Source: Setoptus koraiensis
Taxonomy: Eukaryota > Animalia > Arthropoda
DNA length: 64,000 bases
Assembly: GCA_048013815.1 (NCBI GenBank)
Contig: CM106585.1
Span: 13,454,001 to 13,518,000, forward strand
Reading direction: 5' to 3'
This document shows, piece after piece, positions 1-12,600 of the stretch. The first letter of the stretch is position 1. Each line of letters begins with the position of its first letter. Both the position numbers and the translations under genes were made by a program. Under the pieces are notes generated by a model. The model ran no database searches. It had not been told where the DNA came from and worked only from the letters and a program-made list of their open reading frames with translations.

Positions 1-1036
1 AAAACTTTCGCCTCCGCATGGGTTATCTTGAGGTCTAAACTAAGTCGCAACACGAATGTGTCGGCCTCTAGGCGTAACTCATTTATAGATGGTGGCGGTA
101 AAGCTATCGCCACAGCAACCATACCAATGATCTTTGGTGGCTTTGTAACATTTATTCCCTTGCTTGATGGATCAATCTTTTTATTGTTTTTGTCAATCAG
201 TACTTTCTTTGGATCGTGTTGATTCGTTTGATTATTATTATCACTGGATATGGCCGCCTTGGTATCTTTGCCTTGACAATCGTCGTTGTCCTCTTCATTG
301 TCGTTATCCTCATCAGAGTCATTGTTAATATTACTCTGATCATCATCGTTGATCATGACAGTTTTCTTCGCTTTGCCATGTTTGCTACCATTTTTCTGTT
401 GTTGTTTGGTTGCGTTGGTGCTTGCTTCTGTCTCACTCGATTCGTCCACTTCATCGTAGGGATCCATCAGATGTCCGTGATCGTTTGACTGGTATGTCCT
501 AAGATGTGACACGACATGCACCACCCTGTAGCCACTAGACTTGAAATGTTGGCAGCCGCGCTTGGTCAGAGTTGATTTCATTCTAATACAAAATTGTCGC
601 ACTAGCGGATCGGCGACCGTCCCCTGAGCCGGCTGACACGGATTTGCTAATGGTTCTTTCGAACAAGATGATAACGGTGGTAGTTTCGAGCTTGCTGTTG
701 CTGCTGCAGACGACGCTGCTTCAGTGGTATTGTCATCCAATTTGGTCTGTTGTTGATTCCTTTTGCCGGTTGACCTATTGTGTGAACGCGACGCATTAGG
801 ACCTCTTTTGCCCAGACTACTATTATTGTGTCTTGCATGGTGACTAGTTTTGCCAGACGATGACGACATTTTTAACGTTTGCCCTGCTCGTTTCTGATTG
901 CGAGGAGGATTCACGTGATCCTCTATGGATGTATCGTTGCTAGCCAAAGAGCAAGGAGATTGTAGTGATGCGGTGGGCAGTGGCGAAAACGATTGAGCCG
1001 CCGTCGAGCCAAGTCGATTTGGAGGGAACGGAATGC
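1..1036 (-). CDS. trh: Trachealess/NPAS1-3 bHLH-PAS transcription factor, exon with the second half of PAS-A and start of PAS-B (3' part continues beyond the window)
   Basis: Hand translation gives an open frame to base 1 containing RQFCIRMKSTLTKRGCQHFKSSGYRVVHVV and IIGMVAVAIALPPPSINELRLEADTFVLRLSLDLKITHAEAK, both Trh signature blocks. Acceptor tcgtccgcAG at 1037-1038 is phase 1 and matches the donor at 1135. The ORF track misses it because there is no stop inside the window. Confidence 0.9.
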
Positions 1037-1135
1037 CTGCGGACGATTTATTGGGAATTGAATTGTTTCGGAATGCAATGATTAGATGCTGCGTATATTT
1101 ATTGTGTGTGTCGAATCAATTCAATCGTAACTCAC

Positions 1136-1342
1136 CTAGTTGGTTGGCCAGCTCTTGGTGATCTTGATGGTGTGTGTAGTCAAACACGGACGATCCTGTC
1201 ATTTCGACTTGGCTCAGTCCCAAATACATTGAAACTGTTTCGGATATGTACAAAAATCTTCCATCCCGTCCAATAGCGAACGCGAATCCATCCAAAGAGT
1301 GCAACATGTGCGTGCCTTGATGCAGCTCGAACAGATCGGCAG
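1136..1342 (-). CDS. trh: Trachealess exon, PAS-A N-terminal half
   Basis: Encodes [70 protein letters not shown]. Acceptor gatAG at 1343-1344 and donor GTGAGT at 1135, both phase 1. Confidence 0.92.
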
Positions 1343-1934
1343 CTATCCGTCGTGGTCGTGATAGAAATAAACATATTATTATTGATTAACAATTAATTGA
1401 TTGATTTAGTTTGTTACAGCGTCCCCATTTTGACCTATAGTGTGCAATCGCCATCAGCTGATAGGTAGATTGTGCAATCATAGGTATGATTGCACGTCCG
1501 TGCCGCTATTCAAATGGATGCGTGTAACTCGTGCGCGCCAAAAGGCGCCCCGACACCCACGCCATCTGCATGCCAGAATGAAAATTGTGTTCGGCACAAC
1601 AATTGATCATGGCATTCAGCGCAGATACGCGCAACATGATTTAAGTCATGGGGCCAGTTTGAATATAGCAAACGATGGTATGTGTAGCCCAAATCCTTTT
1701 GTTTGCCGAAAACAGAAAACAAGCAGCAATTAACACATACAAATTAAAGCTCTATATCTGAGTATATTTTGTATTGTTCACTTGCGAGCCAAAAACCAAT
1801 CTAACCATTTTGATAGCAATGCCTGCAAGGATAACATAGATCGCATGAATATAATTGGACACACGGGCGAGACTGTCAGCGGCTCCTCGTGGGCTGTCTT
1901 TTATAGGTGAGACAAGAGATAGGGTGAAACTAAC

Positions 1935-2342
1935 CTGATTTGGCGTACAGTTTTGGAGACAATATGGCACCAATGGCGGGGTCAGTAATCAAAGGATTTA
2001 GTGCACAATGCAAACTGTTACTGATACTGTTTTGTTGTTGCAATTGGTAGGAGGACGTGATATTATAATCCACATTTGCAGCAGGATTAATAGGAGCAGC
2101 AGCAGCAGAGGACGACGATGACGGCATGGTGCTGATGGTATGATTATGATGAACACCGCTGTTGAGCAGTGAGGCCGACGATGAGGCCGACGACGAGGAA
2201 CGGTTAAGTCCGCTGTTGATATCTGAATAGGGGTTAACAGAGGCCAATGTGGTGAAACTGGTCGACCAAGGTGGATGTCCATTAACGGAAAACTGGCGTA
2301 ACTTGAGGAAGCTAATAGTCAATCTGATGATGGAGGCCTTGT
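1935..2342 (-). CDS. trh: Trachealess exon, bHLH helix 2 plus S/A/N-rich linker
   Basis: Encodes DKASIIRLTISFLKLRQFSVNGHPPW then a low-complexity linker. Acceptor ttcctAG at 2343-2344 and donor GTTAGT at 1934, both phase 1. Confidence 0.9.
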
Positions 2343-2480
2343 CTAGGAAATCTGAGTGAGCGCAAACAAAACAACACAAAGGCGATATTATTTTACTCGT
2401 TCGCTCACAAATTTCACATACATCATTAATTAACAGTAGTTAATCGTTGAACTATTGGTTATATTATAAGGATTACTTAC

Positions 2481-2605
2481 CCAATTGTGAGGTGATGGCT
2501 GCAGGTAGAGGCAACAATTTTGCCAGCTCATAGAATTCGTGGTTCTCTTTGCCTCGCCTGGAGCGGGCAGCGTCGCGGCTCTTCTCTTTTCTCATTTCGA
2601 TTATT
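2481..2605 (-). CDS. trh: Trachealess exon, bHLH basic region and helix 1
   Basis: Encodes [41 protein letters not shown]; RRGKEN is the Trh/NPAS1/3-type basic region. Acceptor tttcctcaatatAG at 2606-2607 (phase 2) and donor GTAAGT at 2480 (phase 1). Confidence 0.95.
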
Positions 2606-5600
2606 CTATATTGAGGAAAAATTTAGAATTGATAACAATACAATATATAATGTGATGATGATGATTTATCTTACGCAAGAAAAAATATTCAATTGATCGG
2701 AGCTTAATTTAAAGGGTGTAAGTTATTAGCTGGATGATTATGATGGATTCGATAGCGATTTGTTGTTTGAGACGAGAGGATAAGGCACGCATTTCGCTCT
2801 GGTTATAGGTCACTTTATTGTGCGATATTGATTGGTGCAGGGCGACAAACTGTGCGACACTTGAATCACTGTTATGACGACTCAAATAATTGATTGTACT
2901 GGCTATTGGATGATGCACCCGTTGGTGGCTGTTGGATAAGATTTGGATGTTGGTTTCATTTGAGGATGTTTGACATTTTGACTATAATGTTGAATAATAA
3001 CGCGCGCGCGCTTGAGAATCTGGTTGGTTTGTGCGTATGTCTCATCCAAGGAGTCAACATTGTCTAAATGATGATGTGATAGCAGAGACACCGCCACTCC
3101 AATCCATGGTTGCCATTGTGTGTATGTTCAACTTGAGAATCTGTCGCGATTCGCGAGATAGCACGGGCAACTATGTTTGGCAACTCGGACGCTTTTTGTA
3201 GTGCGGAGCCCCATTTGCTAGCAACGCCGACCAACGCAAAGCAACTATTACTCAGACAGACTTGATGTATACAATAACAAAGAAAGTTTCTTCTTTATCA
3301 CCGTTACATGGCCCAGTCGCATAGAGGGTCCAGCCAGCGGGCCAGCACAATAAGCCAACGCCAAGCAACGAAACGAAACGCAACGAAACACAACAAGCAA
3401 GCCACACAATAAAACTATCGATGAACTCTGGGCAGCTTCCCGGCAATGGCGGCCAGCTAAGCATGGCGAGAGACTTTTTTGCTGGCTAGCCGAGGCGCAA
3501 CTGGCCACCAACTGGCAGCAACAACCGTGGCCGACTGCTACTGGGGCACAAACAACAACAACAACAACAACAGCAACAACAATAAGCCAAGCGGTACCTT
3601 TCAGTGGCGCAGCCATGTTTATTCGGGCGCGCGCACAAACAGAGACGTGCTCGGAATTTTTAAATATTGGCCTGAAATCGCGCGCGCTCCCTATGCCAGT
3701 TCTATCTCAGTTAGCCAATAAGCTTGAATATCCAGCCCAGCCCGACAGTCAGCCGTCCAGCCAGCCAAGCAGGCAAGCAGCCAGCTCCAGGGAGGTATCG
3801 GGCCAGCCAGATGGTGACTCTCAGATTCCCAGCGGTGCTATGGTGGGCGCACCGGAACATTGCCAACATTGTCGACATTGTCCTCCGACCCGGGCGATCT
3901 GGCTGATGGCCTCTAGCCTGGTATAGGCCTGCTCTGCTGACTGTCAGCCAAGCCACCACTGGCGCTGCCCACTGTCCGCTCAGCTTCGGTGTGGGGGCCC
4001 CAAACAAACCAACGACGACGACGACGACCAGCACCCAACGAGTTGACTGGTGGTGGCACCGTCGCCAGTTGCAACGCGGCGCATGCAAACAAGCACCAGG
4101 AGCACACCGCACACTTATTGGCCACATTATCCGCGGTATCTTGTGAAAGGTATAACCTGCGCGACCTGTCGACGTTGGGCACCCGCACCCCAGTCAAGTG
4201 CTGCCCAGGTAGCCTGTAGCACCTTTAACAACGCGTCAGTGGCCAACAGCAAGCAACAACAACAGCGAGGTGGGGGCCCGATTAATCTGCGTCAAGGTTA
4301 AATGGGGCCTGCATGTTGTGATGGCGACTGAATGCGCAACATTGTTACAAATGAGCGGCCACAATGCGTCCATCTATGCGACGTTTGTGCAATTTGGCAT
4401 CCAATCAATCTAATTGCACTTGTCTGTGCGTCGTTAGCATCAATGAGCAACCCGAGCATCGCCGGCCGGCCAGCCAGCCAGCAAGTTGGAGAGTCGGACG
4501 GTCAGTCGGCCAGAGTGACCGTTTGTGTGACCAGAGCTGGCTGCTGACAAGAGTCAATTTGGTAAATTAGTCAAATTTGGGCGCCCATGGCAGCGGCAGC
4601 AGCGGCGGCACCGCTAGCCCAAGCAAGCGATAGTGTCCCAGCAAAGTTGCCGCTATCACTCATGCGACCACCATTGATATGCTGCATTAAATCTGCCGGC
4701 CGACACTATTATTGCATTGAATGTGTGCCGCATAGGGCCGCAGTATGTCTGACTGGGCCGGATTAACGGCGACCGGGCTCGTTGGCTGGCGATATTGTTG
4801 TTCGCCAACGACGAGAAGTATGCTTCCAATGGTGGCGGTGATAATGAAAGAGTAAAGTTAGTTACTCTTTCAATGAGACAGTTAACATTAATGGCCAAAC
4901 AGAGATGACCATTAGGCGATGGTGGCGACAGTTACGTCATTGGTCACTTGGTGTCGCAAGGGGGCCGCAGGCGACAGTGTGCATGCAGATAAACGAAATA
5001 GCCAGTGCGAATCAAACTGGCCAATTGGCGGGGGCGACAATAATACCATGCAACAGAGAGACAATAATAACAATAATAATGAAAAACATCTATGATAATA
5101 AATGACATCACCGAACCGGCTGCAATGGCGTGACGGCCATGAGTCACCCCGGTGCCTATATTGGATTGTGTGTGTATGTATAAGATGTAAAATTGTGTAT
5201 TGCGTTGCGCTCGACACTACAAACAATTGCGTATTGCGTTATTAATGCGTGTGTGTGTGTGTGGACGCTCCATCTAAACATGATGATGAGTGATATAAGG
5301 TTATGTAAGATATATTTCGTTGTTGTTGTTGTTGTTTGATCTCGCACAACACACAACACACACAGTCAATATTATGTAATATAGTGCTGTTGTCGCTGTT
5401 AACCAACATCAATCATACATGCGCATTGCACAATGGCAGCAATAGATCCCCGGCAATATGTGGCGAGCCACCTAACACAGCAGGAAGTGGCCCCTGTTGG
5501 CTGGATTAACTTGCGCCAGCCTTCACCGACTAAAAGTGTCGGGCGTGATTTTCAATTTTGTCTCTATTGGCACATTACGTATACTGGCAGAGGTATTTCA

Positions 5601-6332
5601 AATGAAATACGTCTGCCAGTTTAACATGTTACCTGAACCACAATCACATTTAACAGGCTCCCTGTTAAATGTGATCAGCACGACTGTGAAACGTCACCAA
5701 TACACTCAAGCTATTGGTTGCATGTATGCGAACTGTTAAGTGGTTGCCACTAGTGATCGTGTGCCGGTTGCCTCACCTTGATTAGTGAACCACGATACAC
5801 CCAATGCACATATGAAATATAATTCAACAATTGCCCTCGCCGGACAGTTTTGTTTTTTGTCTATTTCCACCACATAACTCAGGCTAGTTGAGCCTCGGCT
5901 CAACTCATTACTGGCAGTCACCAGTGCGCGTTACAATGGGCCCAAAACAAGAGAAATGTAACCGTACTGATAAAAAGCTCGCATGATATGCACTCGCGAA
6001 TCAGTGATGCATGCAAATTTTCACGGCGACCTATATGATAACTGGTGCCCAGCACTACTACTAGCACTAGTTTGATGGTCCGATGGTCAGCTTTGTTTTT
6101 TCAATTTTACACTGGCTCTATCATACAGTCTGTGTCGTCGTCGTCGTCTCTGTTTATGTTCTCAATGACCATATACAGTTTTATGATAGCCACCACTAAC
6201 TAGTGCGCTCGTTGAATTAGTTAGCGGCCGAATATTAGCAAACAGGCCGCCTAATATTCAAACTAAACAACGCTTAATGCTAATTTACAGACGGCACACA
6301 AAGATTTAATGAACTTACTAACGGGGATCCCA

Positions 6333-6360
6333 ACTCGCAACTTGCAACTTGCAACTTGCA
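6333..6360. repeat. Heptamer tandem repeat (ACT[C/T]GCA)x4
   Basis: actcgca acttgca acttgca acttgca read directly. Confidence 0.85.
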
Positions 6361-9300
6361 ATAGGTTACAGTGAGCAATAAGTGACAGAGGCCACGCGCT
6401 CATCTTGCAACGCGCTAATGCTCGCTTATGTTAGTATTTTATGAGTTAACAGTATCGCCGCCATAAGATAATCTCAAATGGGAACTGAAAAAAGTCAATT
6501 AGTTGGCCATTTGACAACAAGATGGTCATCGTAATGTACAACATACTAGCCGGTCGCAATTTTCAATGTCTCATTAGCGGGCCCACTAAGTGACCAGCTC
6601 CGCTGAGACGGGCGCCAACCGGAATCCGGTCTGCGAGCTTCATCGACAGGTGTCGCCAGCCGGCCTATCGCACGGCTCAAACAAAGGCTGTGAGCTTGCT
6701 GTTGGGGCCCCGCAAAAACGTCACCGAGATGTCAGGGCAGATTTAATGAAACGATGCAAAGGGTTCAAGAAACCTGCTGCCCGTTTGGTGTTGCCGTTGA
6801 TCGGAGCCAAGTCCGTGGCGTGCAATTTATGGCGCGCTTGTGTCAAACACAACTAATCTGGCCTATCTATAATGGTTCATATAATGTTTCTACAAAATTA
6901 TTGCTAATAAAATCTCTCTCGCTCACTTTCCACACACACACACCACGATCATTAGTAGAAACATATTGATACTGACAAGTCACGTCCATTTGTTTTTTTT
7001 GCGACGCCATCTCGATGCGAGGCCGAGGCACCATTGTTGCTGTCACCATACTATTGTGACAACACACATATTCCACATCACATAACAGGGCAACTATGGC
7101 TGTTACATGGCATCGCGATTCCATTCCATTTGATCTGAACCTATTAATACTGCCACCGGTCCGCTGTTTGGCTCTTTTGTCGTTGTCGTCAGTTTTCGGC
7201 CAGTTCGCCATACTTGCACACGCACAATTAACTTTTGTGGCCTAGTCGTATGTGGCAGCATTGTCGCACAATTTATATATCATATGGATTATCGTGGACG
7301 CGCCAGACGACAACGCCTTGGACGTCTGGCACCAAGAAACGAGCCAGAGAGAGCGAGCGAGCCAAGAATTATTTCGTCATCATCGGCAAACAATGGCCTT
7401 GTGGTGTCCTATGGTCTAAATGTCGAACGAATGAGCAAAGGTATTAGCGCGCTGGCGCGCGCCCTCGGCTAATCTATGCCAACTCATTAGATTGAGATGT
7501 GAAAAATCTCAATCCAAAATGATTAAGATGACAGTTAGCGAGCCCGTGGCCAAAAACCATTAGTACATATATATCGTAACATGTGTATCATGGACATACA
7601 CACACACACACACACAAGTGTGAACGATGTTTCTCGGCGTTGGGCCTGGGATATAGCGGCGCCGCGATCAAGTGAAGTATACCGCCATATACCACTATTA
7701 TACGATATAAAAGTATGTGTGTGGTTGTGCGGTTTCTTGTTGACAGACATACGAACACAAGTTGTAGTGCAATGCCATGATTTAATGATGATTAACGACC
7801 TGTGCTCGCCCCAATTATTTGCACCCCAATGCCAAGTGCGTCATCATCATCAGTTGGCGCGCAAATAACGTTAGGTGTTCACTTATAAACGCCACACCAA
7901 TGATGCCAGTGGTCGTGGGTGGCCACAGTTGCGCCATAGTGGCGCTGATGACAATATTGCATCATCTATCAGTGATATATGATCTCTGTGTAGAACGTAG
8001 ACAAGCGTTGTAATGTTATATAACACGCTTGCTAATAACGTTATTACGTTATAGTTGTTATCTTATTGTTTCAGCCAACTGCATTAATAACAGCAATCGA
8101 CCAACAACATTTGCCAACACCGTTACATAAGACCGTTGTGAGGCTGTTGTTTTTGTTGCAACGTCGTTGGCCGGCATTGTCGCCAATGCCGAGACTGTGT
8201 ATTGTAACGGCTATTCACGCACCGAACTGATTTCTTTAAGATCAAGGTGTGCAACGCAATCGGGTTTCATTTGTTTCCATTCATCTGGCTAGTGCAGTTT
8301 TTATTGGGCACTTTTGAGGCCGTTTTATACCCGGTGATTGGTGCACGAAACTGGTGTGCACCGGTATCAACAAATACACTGTTTGTTTGCAGGCTCTTTC
8401 ATCGTCATGACCTCGAGCGCAAGTTTATTTGATTACGTGGCTATAAAAGATGATACCAGCACAGCGACAGTCGCTAGCGGCTTGTTAGAGAATTTCGTTC
8501 GTCGAGAAGCGGGCGCGTCTTATTTATTTTCCGTATGATAAAATGATTCTATTATGATGATCGTTATTATGCTTAGGTTATCTATAGGTTAAAAGGGCCG
8601 GTATGGTCGCTGCGTCGCAGCGACATGCAAATGACATGGTCGCCAGCAAACAACAACAACAACAACGATGCATGAAATTATATTAAGCGCACAACAATAG
8701 TAACAAATCCTTTTTCATCGGTTCTTTAACATTCATGTAATACAATTCGATGTTTATGCCGGCCCAGAGATGTAAGCAGACAGGCAACGAGAAGATTAAA
8801 CGCCTCTCGCCCGGTGCATAAAATTATCAGCCGGGCCTGTGGCCCAACTGTCCCTGGATCTAGCACACAAATCGCTGAAGTTTTTCCCGGCACAAATTGC
8901 AACAAATGTTCGACAATTGTCATCATCAGGTAACCTTAACTACGCAACAATGAACTAGTTGTGTTCATTGTATCCTAAATAGTCTCTGGCGCGTGGCCCA
9001 ATGACTTCCTGAGATAAGCTAGAACGAAAATTACCGACTAGCCGGTGTGTTGTTACCGGCTAGAATGTCTTATACTATAAGACATTCGAGTATAAGTTCG
9101 ACAGACCGGTGCAATGGATTGGGGATTGGAGACCACTCTGGCCAGATGCATCACAACACGTGCCCTATGCTCTCTCAATGATTAGTCCAATGTGGCCATA
9201 CTAGTTAAAATGACCCATGATTGATCTCGTGCGTAGTGGCAGAATCATAAAATGTCGCACACCCTCTAATCTCTCTTTCTGTCGCCCTCTTTCATCCGTT

Positions 9301-9573
9301 TGCCATATTTACACCCTGTTTCGTGTGTTCAGCGACTTAACTCATCATTAGTTGATGAGTTTGCCGAGGTATATGGCGCGCCGCTACTATCCACGATATA
9401 ACAAGAAATAGAATCGAAGATGATGAGATGGCGTTTATGTGATTCTTTTTGTGTGGCATCCGGCACAGACGAAAGAATTACTTTCATTATGTGACGCATC
9501 CCTGTGGGCACCCTCTGGCGCACGCGGCGACGGTCCAGCAAATTGGAAGCTTTCGCTACATGTTCATCGTGCC

Positions 9574-9614
9574 ACTATTGGACTATTGGACTATTGGACT
9601 ATTGGACTATTGGA
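9574..9614. repeat. Octamer tandem repeat (ACTATTGG)x5
   Basis: Five consecutive exact copies read directly. Confidence 0.9.
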
Positions 9615-12600
9615 CGCTTCCTCTACTGCAACTGCCGCAGCCTCGCAACCTAATCTACTAAACCAATATCTAAAAAACTGTTGGCCCAATGTTGCACTAA
9701 TAGATTCCGTTCATCGAATAAACCTTGAGATCCCCCGAGATGTCTTTATCTGTCAGCACTCATTGGGCTTATGTTTCATGATGATTATGATGAAGTTGGC
9801 ACCCTTGTTGCCGTTGCCTGCCTTCAGATGATGCCAATGTGCTCATTGCTAAGTTGGCGCGGCGCACTGTGGGCCGGGAATAAGTTTTTGTGTCCGTCAT
9901 TAAATTCAATTTGATTAGATGACTCACTCCAATTTGGAAAACGGTCAGCTCAGTGGCGGCAGGCAAAACATTCCGGTTAGTTAGTATAACAAGCTAAATG
10001 AAGGATCATTTACGATCCGTCACTTGAGCTGCTTGTGAGGAACAAGCTTGCTAAGGGGGCCAAATCTTGTAAGTGCAGATATGGCCGTTTGGCAATCTTC
10101 TAAACTCAATCACGATCTCAGTGGAGCAACACATGTGTAACATCAACTTATTTTGTCCGGCGCCATGCTTGATTGGATTCGCAACCACACGATGTTGGTG
10201 GGTACGAACAAGCCAACAACAGTGACAGCTGTGCTAAATGGATATTACATTATATAATAATAACGTCGTAAGAGTTTTTTTCAACACTGCTAACGGTGAC
10301 AGTTTGCTTGCGTTTGAAATCGATGCGAGAGTTTCCGATATGTAGCAGATTGTAAAGTTGCCAAACAACAACTGTGTCGCCAATGCACGAGAAGACCGGA
10401 CACAATAAGTATTGTCATGAGTGGTCATTAGCTCAGTGCAACTGACCGTGGTCACAGGTCGCTCATGTAATGTGTGCCTTTGGTGTCGCTAAATACCTTG
10501 GACTCTCTATTATTCGTTGTCGCCCTCCACAAACAGGCTGTATGATACAGCCAATCGGAGTAGATGAAGTTGGAGTACAATTGCAGCCCAATTGTACAAT
10601 AGCTGTTAACGCCATTTGCATAAATAGGCACCCGTGCTTGGTTGCGTATATCAAAATGATTTATATCGCTTCTTGGCGCTCATATCTGCGAAATGTGCGA
10701 ATAATAATATCCGACACCAGCGCACGCTCAAGCCGCTCAACGCAGACTGCCTTGGCTACATTGGGCCCCAGTTGACCAAGTCGGGCATAGTTGTCACACA
10801 TATGAATGGGGCAATAGCCGTCATGGTACAACTGTGCCAATGTTAATAATAGCTACATTACTCTGACAAAATGGATGGCTCTTGTCTAAAATGTTGCGCC
10901 CAAATGTGTTTAGGTCAAATGAGGCCATAGGGCTTGCCCATTGAACGCTTCAGCTTAATGAAAAGTGGTAAAAGATGCAATGGGCACAAGTTGTTGAGCC
11001 TAGCTGCGGGGTCCGATTGCATAATATTATTATCAATATAGGAATTAAGTCCACAGAGAGTAGAGTAATATAATGTGGCCATAGGTTTAGCTTGTCAGTT
11101 ATGATGATCGCTATGTCGATCATTGGTGCTAACTTATTGTACTGTTAGGAGTGTAAATCAACCTCATAGGATCTCTTGTAGCATGTGTTTTCTTGGCTCA
11201 TTGGTGTCACTCGATGATTGTTGTTCTCTGAATGCTGTTTGCTTGTTCCAAACGCATACATTCGACTGCTACCAACACCAACACCAATGGCCACGGCTTG
11301 CAGTAGCCATAAACAGGGGCTGCCACACTCCGATGGTCATCTGTATACCAGGGTATTCGGGTCCAAGTTGCAGTTCGTTATTTAGTGTTGAGCTGATAAC
11401 AGCTACCATTGGCTGTTATCAATGGTCATTGGCGTTTGTTAGTGGCTACGAGTAGTCTATTACGCAGTTGAATAATCGTAAATTAGCATTAGCACTGGCA
11501 AACAAAACACACAGCACGCTCAATCGAACCCAAACTTTTGCGCTGAAATTTATCCTACTACTCCCTCACTATTTATACTAACAACACCAACATGGACCAG
11601 CATCTGCCCACCCCCCACCCCCCTCATCAACTCAAATCAATGTTAATCGCTTATGCATGTTGCTCCCTCTATCATGATGTAACACTGTGTGTGACCGATG
11701 GCGGCCAGTCACAACACATGAGCCACCAAGCGAACCGCCTAAAATTGTGCCTTTGATCTATGTAGTGCCCAATGTCCACGATATGTGACCATGTTAGGGG
11801 ACACAACAAGCAAATCCAGTAAAGTAAAAGAAAGATCTTGTAGTGTGTGGATTTTATGTGCATCAATAACTAAATAACCCCCAGAATGCCATTGTGTGCA
11901 ATTGTAAGTAAGTCTCCGCCGGTTTAGTTCCATTGATGCGAACAAGACTCAAGTTTAGTCGCTGAACAACGCGATGGTCTACAATGTCGACGCTGATTAG
12001 ATCAAGTCTGATTGCGCTGCAACTGTATTCCGGATTGTGTAATGCCGTCACTGATTGCTGCGTCATTTAATCGAGTCTTCCCCACTGTTCCAAAATTTCA
12101 TCCGCTTTGACCATCGAATAGCGTTATAGGATCTATTCTAATTTTGCCCCTAAACACACATACACGCTTCAACATTATTTGACCAACCGACCGACAATTC
12201 TCTCTGCAAAGTGAGGGCCGCAAACAGTTCGAGTCGTGCCGACGCCCGATCGTCATCACCAACTAACTACTACTGCTGCCACTACCAGTAGAAACGTACT
12301 CTTAATTAGGTGTTTATAGCTAGTGGACAGCCATAACACAGTTACACAGCTTAGCAAGTTATATTTATGGCCCATTATAGATATATGCTGATATCAATTG
12401 TTTCGATCTTTGGCACTTTCACTGTTTTCTCACACATTATCGACATCGTGGTGATTATCATAAAGTGAGCATAAACTTCCCATCAGGCTAACTTTTGTCA
12501 ATGCTGTAACGGCAATTTTGCGAGCTGCCGAATGCAAGCTCATTGTTCAATTCCTCCAGAGATACTTGTATCCACGGCCTCTGTGGACCCCTCACATGGT

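Noticed and set aside
1865-1897. 33-nt phase 1-1 micro-exon (DSPRGAADSLAP) in trh
   Set aside because: It would need a 37-nt upstream intron and a weak GTGTGT donor, and the flanking exons already join in frame.
2481-2605. Calling the bHLH-PAS gene single-minded or HIF-alpha/sima
   Set aside because: The basic region [16 protein letters not shown], the GHPPW motif and HQGTHML.SLDGF are Trh/NPAS1/3-type. Sim has KNAARTRREKEN and HIF has RRSKE.
3248-12400. Dozens of 60-140-aa ORF-track ORFs in the trh intron
   Set aside because: They overlap on both strands in GC-rich simple-sequence DNA, often start at non-ATG codons, and show no domain or splice support.
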